From Octopus sinensis (taxonomy: Eukaryota): DNA of 64,000 bases. A program made the position numbers and the translations under genes. The notes beneath the pieces are model-generated. The model made no database searches, had not been told where the DNA came from, and saw only the letters and a list, made by a program, of their open reading frames with translations. Shown here in pieces: positions 13,525 to 25,849 of the stretch. Each line of letters starts with the position of its first letter. The stretch's first letter is position 1. The stretch lies in the NCBI RefSeq assembly GCF_006345805.1, contig NC_043013.1:13144001-13208000 (forward strand). The letters are read 5' to 3'.

Positions 13525-14540
13525 CATCCTCATCATCATTATCATGATCTCTTAACGTTTGCTTTCCATGCTGGCATGTGTTGGATGGTTTGACTGAAGA
13601 CTGGCAAGCCAGTAGGCTGCACCAGGCCCCAATCTGATCTGGCAGGGTTTCTACAGCTGGATGCCCTTCCTAACGCCAACCACGCCGAAAGGATAGTGGG
13701 TGATTTTTGCAAGCCACCGATACGGGAACCAGTCAGGAACATGGAATCAACCACGTTCAGATAGTGCTTTTTACGTGCCACCGGCATGGGAACCAGTCAA
13801 GGGGCACTGGCATCGACCACATTCGGATGGCACCTTTTACGTGCCATCGGCACGGGAGCCAGTCAGGAGGCATTGGCATAGACCACGTTCGCATGGCGCT
13901 TTTTACGTGCCAATGGCGCATGGAGCCAGTCAGACGGCACTAGCATCGACCCACGCTCGAATGGTGTTTATTACGTACCACCAGTACAGGTCTCAGTCAG
14001 GTGGCACTGGCTACGACTACGATTTCGACTTCACTTGACTCAACAGGTCTTCTCAAGCGCATCATATCGCCCAACGATTCAAGGGTACTTTTAAATGGCC
14101 CGGTTATGCAACACTGGCATCTGCCACGGCTTCAATCTCACTTTACTTGCCGGATCTTCTCAAGCATATCATATATCCAAAGGCCTCGGTCTCTTGTCAT
14201 TGCCTGTGAGCCCCAACGTTCGAAGGTCATGCTTCGCCAACTCATCCCATGTCTTCCTGGGTCTACTTCTTCCACAGGTTCCTTCCACAGGTTCCTTCCA
14301 CAGGTTCTTTCCACTGTTAGGCTGTGACACTTCTTCACACAGCTGTCCTCATCCATATGCAACACATGACCATACCAGCGCAGTCATCCCTCTTGCACAC
14401 CACATATGATGCTTCTTATGTCCAACTCTTCTTGCAGGAAACTTTCACTCTGTCGTGTATGCACACTGACATTACACATTCAGCAGATCATGCTAACTGC
14501 ATTTCTTTCAAGCCTACGCAGCTTTCATTACCATATCCAT
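13525..14540 (-). mobile_element. RTE LINE 3' end with 3' UTR tandem repeats (about five 65 bp units) and (ATG)n tail
   Basis: Minus-strand ORF remnant (H)MDEDSCVKKCHSLTVE..TCG; same 3' tail as copies at 16.4, 23.3, 48.0, 50.7, 52.9 and 53.7 kb. Confidence 0.85.
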
Positions 14541-14548
14541 AGGTTTTA

Positions 14549-15340
14549 GTTGCTGTTGCAACTGCACCATAGAGGTCTTGACATTTTTTCTCCATTTTCT
14601 TATCCATTACTGGTTGACACGCACGAATAAGAGAGCAATCTTTTTCTTCAATTTTATCTGCATCATGTCTTAGATTTATAATCCTGTGGCATACTTCTGC
14701 TGCTGCCTGTTGAGTTAATATTTGGTCCTATTCCAATTTCGTTAATATCTGGAACGTATATCTGCATGTTTGCTTGCAGTAAATCCTTGAACAAAATTTA
14801 GACATTTGAACATATCCGGAGTTAATTCCTTTAGGCTGAATTTTTCATACACTCTGTTAACAACTCCAGAGTAGATGACGAAATCATCTTTTATGACAAA
14901 ATTTAAACATTGCCAGCGAGTACTGAACAGGGGACTTCTTTCGGTGAAAATTTTCGATAAAAAATTGTTTCATCGAAACACATCTCACTTGGCTTCTCTG
15001 ACAGAATATAATTACTATATTTTTCATTTCGGCAGGGGATATCTTTCTTAAAAGTAATCATACTTTTTTCATCAATCCTATTTTTACATTCTTCTTTGAA
15101 GATTTCTTCATTTCTTCGAAAACATGCAGAGAAAGCAATCCTTTTCCTGGTTTGTAACTGAATTCTTCATTTGAGTTTGCTACACTGTCTGGCGTGTACA
15201 AACCTCAAGTATTTTCAGACTTCTTCAACATTAATTCCAGCAGTTGTTGGTTTTGTTGTTGTTGCTGTTTAGTTACTGCTGTTGCTGTTGCAACTGCAAC
15301 ATAGAGGTCAATAAGTCTCCATGCTAAAACGATTTTTTTC
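14549..15340 (-). mobile_element. Ty3/Gypsy gag remnant
   Basis: QQQQNQQLLELML...LFSTRWQCLN...ELTPDMFKCL.FVQGFTASKHADIRSR; homologous to 32640-33890. Confidence 0.75.
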
Positions 15341-16299
15341 TTTGGTTTTGTACCATAAAAAATTTTAAGCATCCAAAGCAAGCTTCGAACAACTCGTCGT
15401 CACTTTTATTTCCTGGCTTTGAATATATAATTTAATGAGGCAGGGGAAAGAAATATTTACATGACGCAATTTGATTACTATTACACGAAACTCGACGCTC
15501 TCAATCAACAGCTTACAGTGACTTGCTTCTATGAACTCATCAGTTGTCTATTTAATAGAAATGTGTCAGTCTACTTTTAGTCGCATGGGGATGGTTGGAA
15601 ACCTTCCACAACAGAAGAGATGGATTAACTGTAGATTGAGTAATATACGAGATAAATTAACTTAATTCAGGGAGAAATTAATGTTGTCATGTGTGTATTT
15701 GCAAAAAATACGTATTTATACAAATGTGAACGGAACCTAAGGAAAAGGAAGTAAAGACGTGTGACAAAAGACGGGAAAATGACCTTCAGAGATAATGAGT
15801 TTCACAGAGGAGATTGGCAAAAAAACTGAAATGTTTGTTAATATGGGGTTGAGAAGATCAGTCCATCTGGGTGAAATTGGGATAAAATTGAGGCCTTAAA
15901 GTGATGTTGTTTATGTCTATACCTCTGCATATGATCTGTGTCCCTGATGAATCTCTCCCCTGCAAAATATCTTCCTATACCCCACTCTCTCTCTCTATCC
16001 ATGTTCACCTCCCACTCTATTTCCTGCTTCTCCATCTTCTACTCACATTTCACATTCTCACACACCTACCTACTCACCCTATCCAGTCCTCCGTACCACT
16101 TCCCATATATACACCTCCCTGTAATTTGAGGGAATACCCCAACACATCCTCACCCACTTCTCCTCTCTGTTTCCACCAGGGGTAGCCATGTATCTCCTCT
16201 TCTGCAACATACCTGTTTCTGGTTCTTTATTCATACTCTAACTTATCACCTGGCACAAAGCCACCTCACTCAATATCAATCACTCCCCCTCAGTTGAAG

Positions 16300-16555
16300 T
16301 GTCTTCTTTTCCAAGTTACTCGGTCACCTCTCTGGTGTTGGGGCCACATAAAAGCATCCAGTAAACTCTGTAAAGTGGTTGGTATTAAGAGCATTCAGCA
16401 GTATAAACCATGCCAAAGTAAATAGTAGAGCTTGGCATGGTCTTCTGGCTTGCAGTTCCTCTCAAACCATCCAACCCATACCAGCATGGAGGGAGGACAT
16501 TAAATGATGTTGGTATAGACGACGACGATGTTGATGATGGTGATTATGATACTAA
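16300..16555 (+). mobile_element. RTE-type 3' tail repeat (decayed)
   Basis: AACCATCCAACCCATACCAGCATGGAGGGAGGACATTAAATGATG; shared tail motif. Confidence 0.6.
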
Positions 16556-16887
16556 TTTATGTTTTCTAAAACCTGCTGCTAAAATTTAGTTTAGTCTAGT
16601 TATACTTTATACATTAGTCAAATATATTTCATAATATTTTACACCTAAATCAAGTTATACTTTATATCTGAATCGGAGATGTTGTGTACCTTAATTAAGT
16701 ATTCATTACACCTTGATCATGTTATACTTCATGCTTTAAAAGGTATATATTTTAAATTAAATCACGTATATTTTTCATTCAGTAATCGGGTGTATGTTTT
16801 ACCCTAATCAGGTATATTTTATAAATTAACCAGATATATTTTGTATATTAATTGAGTTATATTTTTCTGTATATACTTTCCCGACAG

Positions 16888-16991
16888 AAGTCAAGATTCC
16901 AGCTGTTGCAGTAATGGTTGGAGAGGAACTTGAAACTCTGAAGTCAGCCTTTGATTCACTATCTCGCAACATCCCTGTTATAATAGTAAAG
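16888..16991 (+). CDS. TRPM: TRPM-like exon D
   Basis: tttcccgacag|(K)VKIPAVAVMVGEELETLKSAFDSLSRNIPVIIVK|gtcagt; matches TRPM IP.V..V.EGGP.T...IP.V.V; phase 1 to 0. Confidence 0.9.
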
Positions 16992-17249
16992 GTCAGTAAA
17001 TAGACTATTATCTAAATAAGGTTACTGGAAGTTTATTCCATTTATAACGATTACATATCTAAAGACGTTTGTGGTTAGGAAAAATAAACGGAAGAACTAT
17101 GTATTTTGTTGGTGCAGAATTTTATATAAATATCAAGCTGAATAAAAAGTAAGCAACGTTTTGAAACATGAAATTCACGACAATATAGTTCAACAACGGG
17201 GAAATTTAAGTACCATTACAATCAACACATTTTACCAATGACTTACAAG

Positions 17250-18215
17250 TTTATTTATTCTGATAACATAAAAAAAATTTTAGAGATGATGAACTCTTTG
17301 AAAGCATTTACATCGGTTTGATTTTGGAACTCCTTCTTTCGTATGAAATCATCAAGGTATTTGAAAAAGTGGCAGTCGGTTGAAGAAAGGTCTGGGGAAT
17401 AAGCTGGCTGGGGAAGAACTTTGTAGCCATGTTTCCTTAACTTCTGGAGCATCATTAGTGAAAAGTCTGATCGATCATTGCCATGAAGAATGACTGGCTC
17501 TCTTCTGCTGACCAGTCTGGGATGGATGAGTAGCAGTTTTTCATTCATTTTGGAAATTTCATGACAATATGTTTCTGCAGTAATAGTTTTTCTAGGTTTG
17601 AGGAAGTTATGGTGGATGAGTCCAGCAGTACACCACCAAACAATCACCGTAGCCATCTTTTTGAAGAGCTTGGGTTTAGGGAAGGCTTTCAGTGCTCTAT
17701 TTTAGTCCAGTCACTGCGAAGAACGTTTTTTATTATTGTACAGAATCCACTTTTCATCGCAAGTTAAAAAATGGTCGAAAATGAAGCCGTTTGGTTACGG
17801 AGAAGAAGCGACAAACAAATTCAATAGCTGTGCATTTTCTGATTTTCATTCAAATTGTGTGGCACCCATTTGCTGAGCTTCATTGATTTTCCAATCGCAT
17901 GCAAATGGTTGCAGGTAGTTTTCTGGCTAACTTGAAGTTCTTTTGCCAGTTTTCGAGTGGTTTTACGCATCTTTCTCAATGACAGTCATTAATTGACTGT
18001 TATCGATGACAGATGGGCGTCCACTATGCTCACGATTTTCAAGGCTCAGATTTCCACTGCGAGATCGTTTAAACCCTTTTCAAGCTGACCTCTATATTTG
18101 TCATTTCTTCACCAAATGTTTCGTTGTCATCGTGAACAGTTTCAGCTGCTTTACGTCTTTTTTTTTTATGAATAACAAACTTGCTTGAATATCGCGTTTT
18201 GACAATTCCATTTCA
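17250..18215 (-). mobile_element. Degenerate mariner transposase
   Basis: MELSKRDIQASLLF...; VWWCTAGLIHHNFLKPRKTITAETYC...PAYSPDLSSTDCHFF. Confidence 0.9.
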
Positions 18216-18619
18216 GTTGATTGTAACATTTTCTTTATTGCCCACAGGGGGCCAAACATAGAGGGGACGATAAAAATGACAGAGGGGTCGATAAAACGAA
18301 TGTTTTTCAAAACATTTTAATAGTTAAAAATTTAAGTTAAAGATTTCGTTTCGACACCGCAAGCCCTATGCCACCACTGTAACCTTTCGTATAACCTTAT
18401 AGATATACTATGTGGATTCATTCATTCTCAACAAACTCGCTACAGCCTTCCATCTTCCATATACATCAGGTGGTAAATGAGGACATTAAACAGTCTAAGG
18501 CTGGAGAGGAAGATGCCAGTCATGATTCCTTTCACGTGGGTCTTCCATACCACTTCTTTCGCTATAGTGACCACAGTGAGGAAACAAACCTTACATTGTT
18601 TTAAAAGATGAAGGACGAA

Positions 18620-19440
18620 CATTCTTTACAATCGATTCGGAAGATAGTTGTATTCTTCTCAGCCTTCACAGCAGGTGTTCAACGTAAACCCACATTTCGG
18701 AAATTTTGGGGCATTGCACAATTGCATGCAGAATGGTTTCCCTGCCCTGCTCGCATCTTGGGCACATGGGTGAACAAGGGACATCATATCTTGCGTGTTT
18801 ATCAGGAAATGGTAAGGCTCCTCGGTAACTGCCATGCCAAGCCAGGGGTCCTTGGAAGTTACCCAGGGGTCCTGGCCCGATTGTCCTTCGGAATAGGCCG
18901 GCTAGTTGACCATTATCAAAGCCTAGAGTCTTGTCCAGGATGTCGTCACACTGATCCTCTACCAACCCTCTATAGAAAGATGAGGTGGAATTCCCGACAC
19001 TGGCATTGCTCGTGTGACAGAGAAGCTTGAGTGTCTCACGACACTCTGCTTGCCATGCACCTCACTTAATCCAAGGTCCTAGTTCACTCAAACTAGTAAG
19101 CTCAGGAAGTAACGACCAAATGAATGATGATCGCGCTTGTTCACCATCAAGGTAGAGCCACAGATGTCTCAGTGCATGTCTGCGCATCAATAGCTAAGGC
19201 CTAGCCCACCCTTTAGCAGGTACTGGCAGCAGGCAGAGCGCTTTACAAGAGGACTTCTACCCTCCCACAAAAAGTGGAAAAGCAGCCACGAATGGGGGCA
19301 CGAACGGTTAGGCGGTAGGTAATCCCAGGGGTGATAAACACTCCTGCAACCTCCGCCCTTCCTTTCAGTGATACCCACCGCTCAGATCAGGTCTGAGTTA
19401 GATAGATCACGCTGCTTGTCACCTCACACCAATTCTTCCT
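18620..19440 (-). mobile_element. Tx1/L1-like LINE C-terminal (zinc-knuckle) fragment
   Basis: MCPRCEQGRETILHAIVQCPKISEMWVYVEHLL; related to 31500-32420. Confidence 0.7.
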
Positions 19441-19800
19441 TTGTCGATATCTTTATTTTATATTCTACTACTGACATTTATTGTGTTTCTTTGTCGATAA
19501 ATTTACTTTATATTGTCACATATCATCTCTAAAGAATTGTTTCTAGAACATACCAAAACAACAGTTGACTCTATCTATTTTACTCTTGCTTCCACAACCT
19601 AGGCCTGATGGTGTCACTGTATATCATCCCTGGATGCGTTACAGCTAAGTTCACATTAAATTCATAAAGGAGACATCTTTATTGGTTGTATGTGTGTATT
19701 GTTTAGAATTTCTCAAAATATTTGTTCAATACTAAATTACTAAATTAAATCCAAGATTTAATTTTAATGAATTCTTTAAATTTTTCCTTTTAATTAACAG

Positions 19801-19886
19801 GGTTCTGGTAAAGCAGCAGACATTATGGCAGATGTTTATGAAGCACTACTCAAGAAAGATGAAGAGGGCAAAGACATAACTGAACG
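19801..19886 (+). CDS. TRPM: TRPM-like exon E
   Basis: ttaattaacag|GSGKAADIMADVYEALLKKDEEGKDITE-CG|gtttgt; matches GSGRxAD; phase 0 to 2. Confidence 0.9.
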
Positions 19887-20204
19887 GTTTGTTCTTAATT
19901 TGGATAGAATGATAATTTTGTTCATTTGGATGGAATGATGATTTTGTTATTGCTGTTGTTTTTTCTGTTTCTGTTGTTATTAAAATGTGGTCTTTTGGCA
20001 CGTATTAGTCCTCATAAAAAGAAACCCTGAATATAAGTAATCCAGCCTTTACTATCTTGTGTATTTAACAACACAACCTTATCCTGCAGTATCTGTCTCC
20101 ATTTAAGCTGAAGGGGTGTGATTAGAGAGGGATATAACTTATATTTTTGATAGGTTGAGTGACAAGGTAATTTGCTCCCACATTGGCTTGCAACTCACCT
20201 ATTA

Positions 20205-20456
20205 TTAGGTTGGTGCATTATTATTGTGGCTTTTTTTCAATAAATTTTATTTAACAAAAACAATAAAAACATTTAATAAATAACATCTTTAAATGATTAT
20301 TCCGACCGGCTGCCAAGCAAATGGGAAGCAGTAATTGAAGTAGATGGTGAATATGCTCTGGAATAATCATTTAAAGATGTTTTTGTTAAATGTTGTTATT
20401 GTTTTTGTTGAATAAAATTCATTGAAAAAAGCTGCAATAATTATGCACCAACCTAA
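20205..20456. mobile_element. Mariner-derived MITE with TA target-site duplication
   Basis: TA|TTAGGTTGGTGCA...TGCACCAACCTAA|TA; long imperfect inverted arms; core encodes WEAVIEVDGEYA (mariner C-terminus-like). Confidence 0.9.
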
Positions 20457-21428
20457 TACTACAGTTGATAGTTTGATTTTAGAGCTGGTATTCATAGCTT
20501 TGAGGATATTCATAGCTTTGACTGAAACTGATGACTCATCAGATTTCTGTTACACAATACTCAAATTTAAGGCAGTATGACATGACACTGCTAATAATCA
20601 AGGCTCCATATTTGCTGGGGAATGATAGTGGATAAAGTTGAGGACATGCCTGGAGGTGTTTGGATTTCTTTTCTATTTCTTTTTCTATCCAATTTAAGGG
20701 ATCAGATCAAGCAGTATCATGACTTACCCTTATGAAACAACACTAAAGCATATTGATAGAACTGGTTAATATGAATTAATCTGGTATGGGTTTATTTAAC
20801 CACTGGGCCCACTGTCTCTGGTTGTTAACTAATTCAAACACTGAAGTACTAGTGGTGGTTCAAAGAACCACTTGGTCCTTCACAAACTTTAACAGAATCC
20901 ACAACATTGCAAGCATTCAGGCCAGATTATCAGTATGGAAATAAAATGATGTCTTGATTCACAGCATTTTCAATTCATGGCATCACTATTTACTAACAAA
21001 TTGATGCTAAATGGTTCTCCAAAAGAGACCTACCACCATATATGACAGAAATACTCTGAATAACATCTGTAGAGATAACTCCTATTTCTTGTCATGCCTA
21101 CCCGCACTATAACTTTCAAGTTAACTATTTACAGGATCCAAGAATTGATTAACAACAACCCATGAGTTGGGGTTTATCCAAGAATTTCCCTCACCAATCT
21201 TCGATATCCTTCCTTTAATCAAGCTCCATTCCATCAAGAGGAACGTCCATCAGCTAACATCATTCATCATCTTTGTCACTAACAGAGTAACCTGGCTAAC
21301 ATTAATTCTAGTTAACATATCTTGCTAGTGACATCAATGTAGACCTTATATTATTCTCTAAATGTAATTTTCCTTGAATCAACATTACAAGTTTTATATA
21401 ATATTTTTTGAAACAACTTTTTTCCTAG

Positions 21429-21601
21429 ATCAATACTAAGGCAACTGAAAGCTGATATTGAAAAACAACAGAGAGCAAATGATGTACATGACTTGGTTGA
21501 TTGTGTGTTTGATTCCATGAAACATCTAGATTTGATAACTGTATGTAATATACAATCACCAGAAGACTTTGATGTCGCAATCATGAAAGCTGTGTTCAAA
21601 G
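21429..21601 (+). CDS. TRPM: TRPM-like exon F (end of MHR2, start of MHR3)
   Basis: tttcctag|(R)SILRQLKADIEKQQRANDVHDLVDCVFDSMKHLDLITVCNIQSPEDFDVAIMKAVFK-G|gtaaga; matches TRPM LITVF.....D.D.AIL.ALLK; phase 2 to 1. Confidence 0.9.
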
Positions 21602-22533
21602 GTAAGAAATAATTTTAAAATTGAATTTTCGTTCTTTTCTTTTTCACATTTTCCAGTGAGTTTGACTTTCATTGAATATGTTCCTAACTTAGATTAATTA
21701 TTATTAATTAAACCAATTATTAGACATGCCAAAAAGTTAAGAGCTATTTTTAGCATAAAATATTAAAAATCTAAATTAGGGTGAAATGTACAAGGAAAGA
21801 ATAATAGTTAATGACTAATGTTATTATTTTTATATCTTTCACCAAGTTTTTGGATGTTAATCTTGGAATGTTGAAGCTTAATTGAGCTTCATCAATAAGA
21901 AATCATATGGCTGTATTAATAAATTTTCTGGAGAAGTTTCTGGAATGTGAGGGAATGGTATGTTATCATTAGCATTGTACTTTGTCTGTGATGAAGACAT
22001 TTAACTCACAAATTCCCCTTTTCTATATTACTGTAAATAGGCACTAAATAGTAAAAGGAGTATACTTCTGAAATTGTTAACCCAATGAATATTTTCCAGA
22101 AGAAATTGTCATTTAAATGATATACAAACTAGAGATAAGATGGGGTCTAGAGTCGGAACAACAGAAGCTTATGGAAAGGTGACTGTTACTGCTCTTTAGT
22201 AATAGCATCAAACTCACTGGTTTTATGAGACTTTGTGAAGACCGTAGAAATATAATAGTTAGATGTTTAAATATTAAGTATTAATTATGGAATAATTATG
22301 AATTAACTGCTAATATATTCAACATTTAATCACATCAGTTATTACAAAAAGCAATTTGCAGCAAAACATATTGCACTTTTTCCCCTCAAAATGGTTTTCA
22401 TAATATCTAAGTAGCATTGCTGTGTCGCCAAAAATTCAGACAGTTTTATTAATTATCGAAAATGGCACAACAACAAAATAGAAGAACCCATTGCAAAATT
22501 TAAGGGATCTAATAAACAAATGTACATTCACAG

Positions 22534-22598
22534 ACTTGAAGTACTTGAAGAATCAGATACGGTTGTGCTGTCATTTTGAAAGATATGGTCCACAATGT
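22534..22598 (+). CDS. Candidate next TRPM exon (diverged QLxLAxxWNR helix); donor uncertain
   Basis: cattcacag|(D)LKYLKNQIRLCCHFERYGPQC; phase 1 fits exon F; QIRLCCHFER aligns with QLKLAVAWNR; only weak GT donors. Confidence 0.35.
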
Positions 22599-22810
22599 GT
22601 ATTTCTGTATGTGTGCATGTGTATGTGTGTGTGAGTGTACACATATACACTCACACAAACACACATATATACATATTTATGCATGTACACACATCTATGA
22701 TCTTCGAAGCCTCGCAGAAGCAATGACTAGTGACTGAGACCTTCGGTTTATGCTGTGCTTGAGATGACTCGACAGCCAAGGGAATTCCCAGTTGTGGCGT
22801 TGAGTTGATG

Positions 22811-23242
22811 GTGTCATGTAAATTGCACCCATGAAATTGTTATTGTGGGCCGTGCAAATCAATAGCAGGATCTGTCATATGTCGAAACCTCACAGACCCT
22901 CACAAGCAGCCTACAACATGGCGAGATGCTGTGCTTAAGAAAATCATCAAACCAACTGAATCAGTAGTCATGGCCTTTGCCAGTGTTATGGTAAATGGCA
23001 CCTGTAAAATCGTAGTAATAGCCGTTACCGTGTCATGTAAATTGCACCCATGAAATTGTTATGTGGCCGTTGCCAATAGCATGATCTTCATATGTCGAAC
23101 CTCACAGAACCTCACAAGCAGCCTACAACATGGCGATATGCTGTGCTTAAGAAAACTCATCAAACCAACTGAATCAGTAGTCATGGCCTTTGCCAGTGTT
23201 ATGTAAATGGCACCTGTAAAATCGTAGTCATAGCCGTTACCG
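22811..23242. repeat. About 219 bp direct tandem duplication
   Basis: GTGTCATGTAAATTGCACCC...GCCGTTACC repeated at 22811 and 23030; copies differ mostly by small indels. Confidence 0.9.
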
Positions 23243-23269
23243 GTGTCGAGTACGTCACACCCGTCCTAG

Positions 23270-23445
23270 TGACATGCAAAACGCACCCATTACATTCTTG
23301 GAGTGGTTAGCATTAGGAAGAGCATCCAGCTGTGGAAACCATTCCAAATAAAACAGGAAGCTGCTACAGATCTCTGGCTTACCAGTTGCAGTAAAATCGC
23401 CTAACCCATGCCAGCATGGAAAGTGAACATTAGATGATGATGATT
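23270..23445 (+). mobile_element. RTE-type 3' tail repeat
   Basis: GAGTGGTTAGCATTAGGAAGAGCATCCAGCTG...AACCCATGCCAGCATGGAAAGTGAACATTAGATGATGATG. Confidence 0.7.
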
Positions 23446-23446
23446 G

Positions 23447-23469
<23 letters not shown>

Positions 23470-23508
<39 letters not shown>

Positions 23509-23509
23509 T

Positions 23510-23545
<36 letters not shown>

Positions 23546-23619
23546 TATATATATAGATATATATATACATATATATATATATATATTATATATATATATA
23601 TATATATAGATATATATAT

Positions 23620-23662
<43 letters not shown>

Positions 23663-23727
23663 GATATATATATATATTTATATATAAGAATATATATATA
23701 TAGATATTATATAATTATATATATATA

Positions 23728-23774
<47 letters not shown>

Positions 23775-24138
23775 ATACTATATATAGATATAGTATATAT
23801 ATATTATATATATATATATTAATAATATATATATATATATATATTATATATTAATATATATTAATATATATATATAATTGTTATATATATATATATATTT
23901 ATATAATATTATATATATATATATTATATATATATATATTTATAATAATATATATATTATATATATATTTATATATATATATATATTATATATATATTAT
24001 TATATATATATATATATATGTTATATTTATATATATATATAATATTATAATATATATATATTATATATATTATATATATATATATTATATATATTAATAT
24101 ATATATATTTATTATATATTATTTATATATATATATAA

Positions 24139-24170
<32 letters not shown>

Positions 24171-24184
24171 TAATATATATATAT

Positions 24185-24222
<38 letters not shown>

Positions 24223-24379
24223 ATATATATATATATATTATATTATATATTATAATATATATATATATATTATATAATATATATATATATTATATCTATA
24301 TATATATATAGTATTATATATATATATTTATATATATAGATATTATTTTATATATATAATATATTATATTATAATATTA

Positions 24380-24428
<49 letters not shown>

Positions 24429-24438
24429 ATATTATATA

Positions 24439-24483
<45 letters not shown>

Positions 24484-24532
24484 TATATATATTATATATA
24501 TATAATTATATATATATATTATATATTATATC

Positions 24533-24564
<32 letters not shown>

Positions 24565-24568
24565 TATA

Positions 24569-24613
<45 letters not shown>

Positions 24614-24869
24614 ATATATATATTATTATATATATATTATATATATATTATATATATATATATATATATAATAGATATATATATATTAATATATATAATA
24701 TCTTATATATATATATATATATTATTATATATATATATTATAATATATTATATATATTATATATATATAATATATATATATTTATATATATATATTATAT
24801 ATATATTTATATAATATATATATATTTATATAATATATATATAATATATTATATATATATATAATATAT

Positions 24870-24952
<83 letters not shown>

Positions 24953-25106
24953 ATATATATATATATAATATATTATATTATAATCTATAGTATAGATAGA
25001 TAATTTCCTCTATTTACATAATATTGAGGTCTCTTTCTTTCTTTTGTTATCTTACCGTTTTATCAATATCTTATATATATATATATATATCATATAATTA
25101 TATATA

Positions 25107-25164
<58 letters not shown>

Positions 25165-25241
25165 ATATTATATATATATATATATTATTATATATATATA
25201 TAATTAGATATATATATATTATATATATATATTATATATGA

Positions 25242-25299
<58 letters not shown>

Positions 25300-25538
25300 T
25301 ATATATTATAATATATATATATTATATAATATATATATATATTATTATATATATATATATATATATTATATTATATATATATTATATATATATAATTATT
25401 ATATATTATATATATATATATTATTATTATATATATATATATTATATATATATTATATATATATATATATATAATATATTATATATATATATATATATTA
25501 TTAATATATATTATATATATATATATTATATATATATA

Positions 25539-25587
<49 letters not shown>

Positions 25588-25622
25588 ATATATATTATAT
25601 AATATATATATATTATATATTA

Positions 25623-25670
<48 letters not shown>

Positions 25671-25743
25671 ATATAATATATATATATATAATATTATATA
25701 TATATATATATTATATATATTATATATATATTTATATATATAT

Positions 25744-25777
<34 letters not shown>

Positions 25778-25790
25778 ACTCTTTTACTCT
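23470..25790. repeat. Imperfect (TA)n array, about 2.3 kb
   Basis: Direct inspection. Confidence 0.97.
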
Positions 25791-25849
25791 TTTACTCTTT
25801 TACTTGTTTCAGCCATCCGGCTGAGGCCATGCTGGGCACCGCCCTTGTT

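Noticed and set aside
21847-21957. Segment reading FLEKFLECEGM, similar to FVKLFLENGV
   Set aside because: It has an in-frame TGA, the wrong phase for exon F and the wrong order relative to the MHR3 helix
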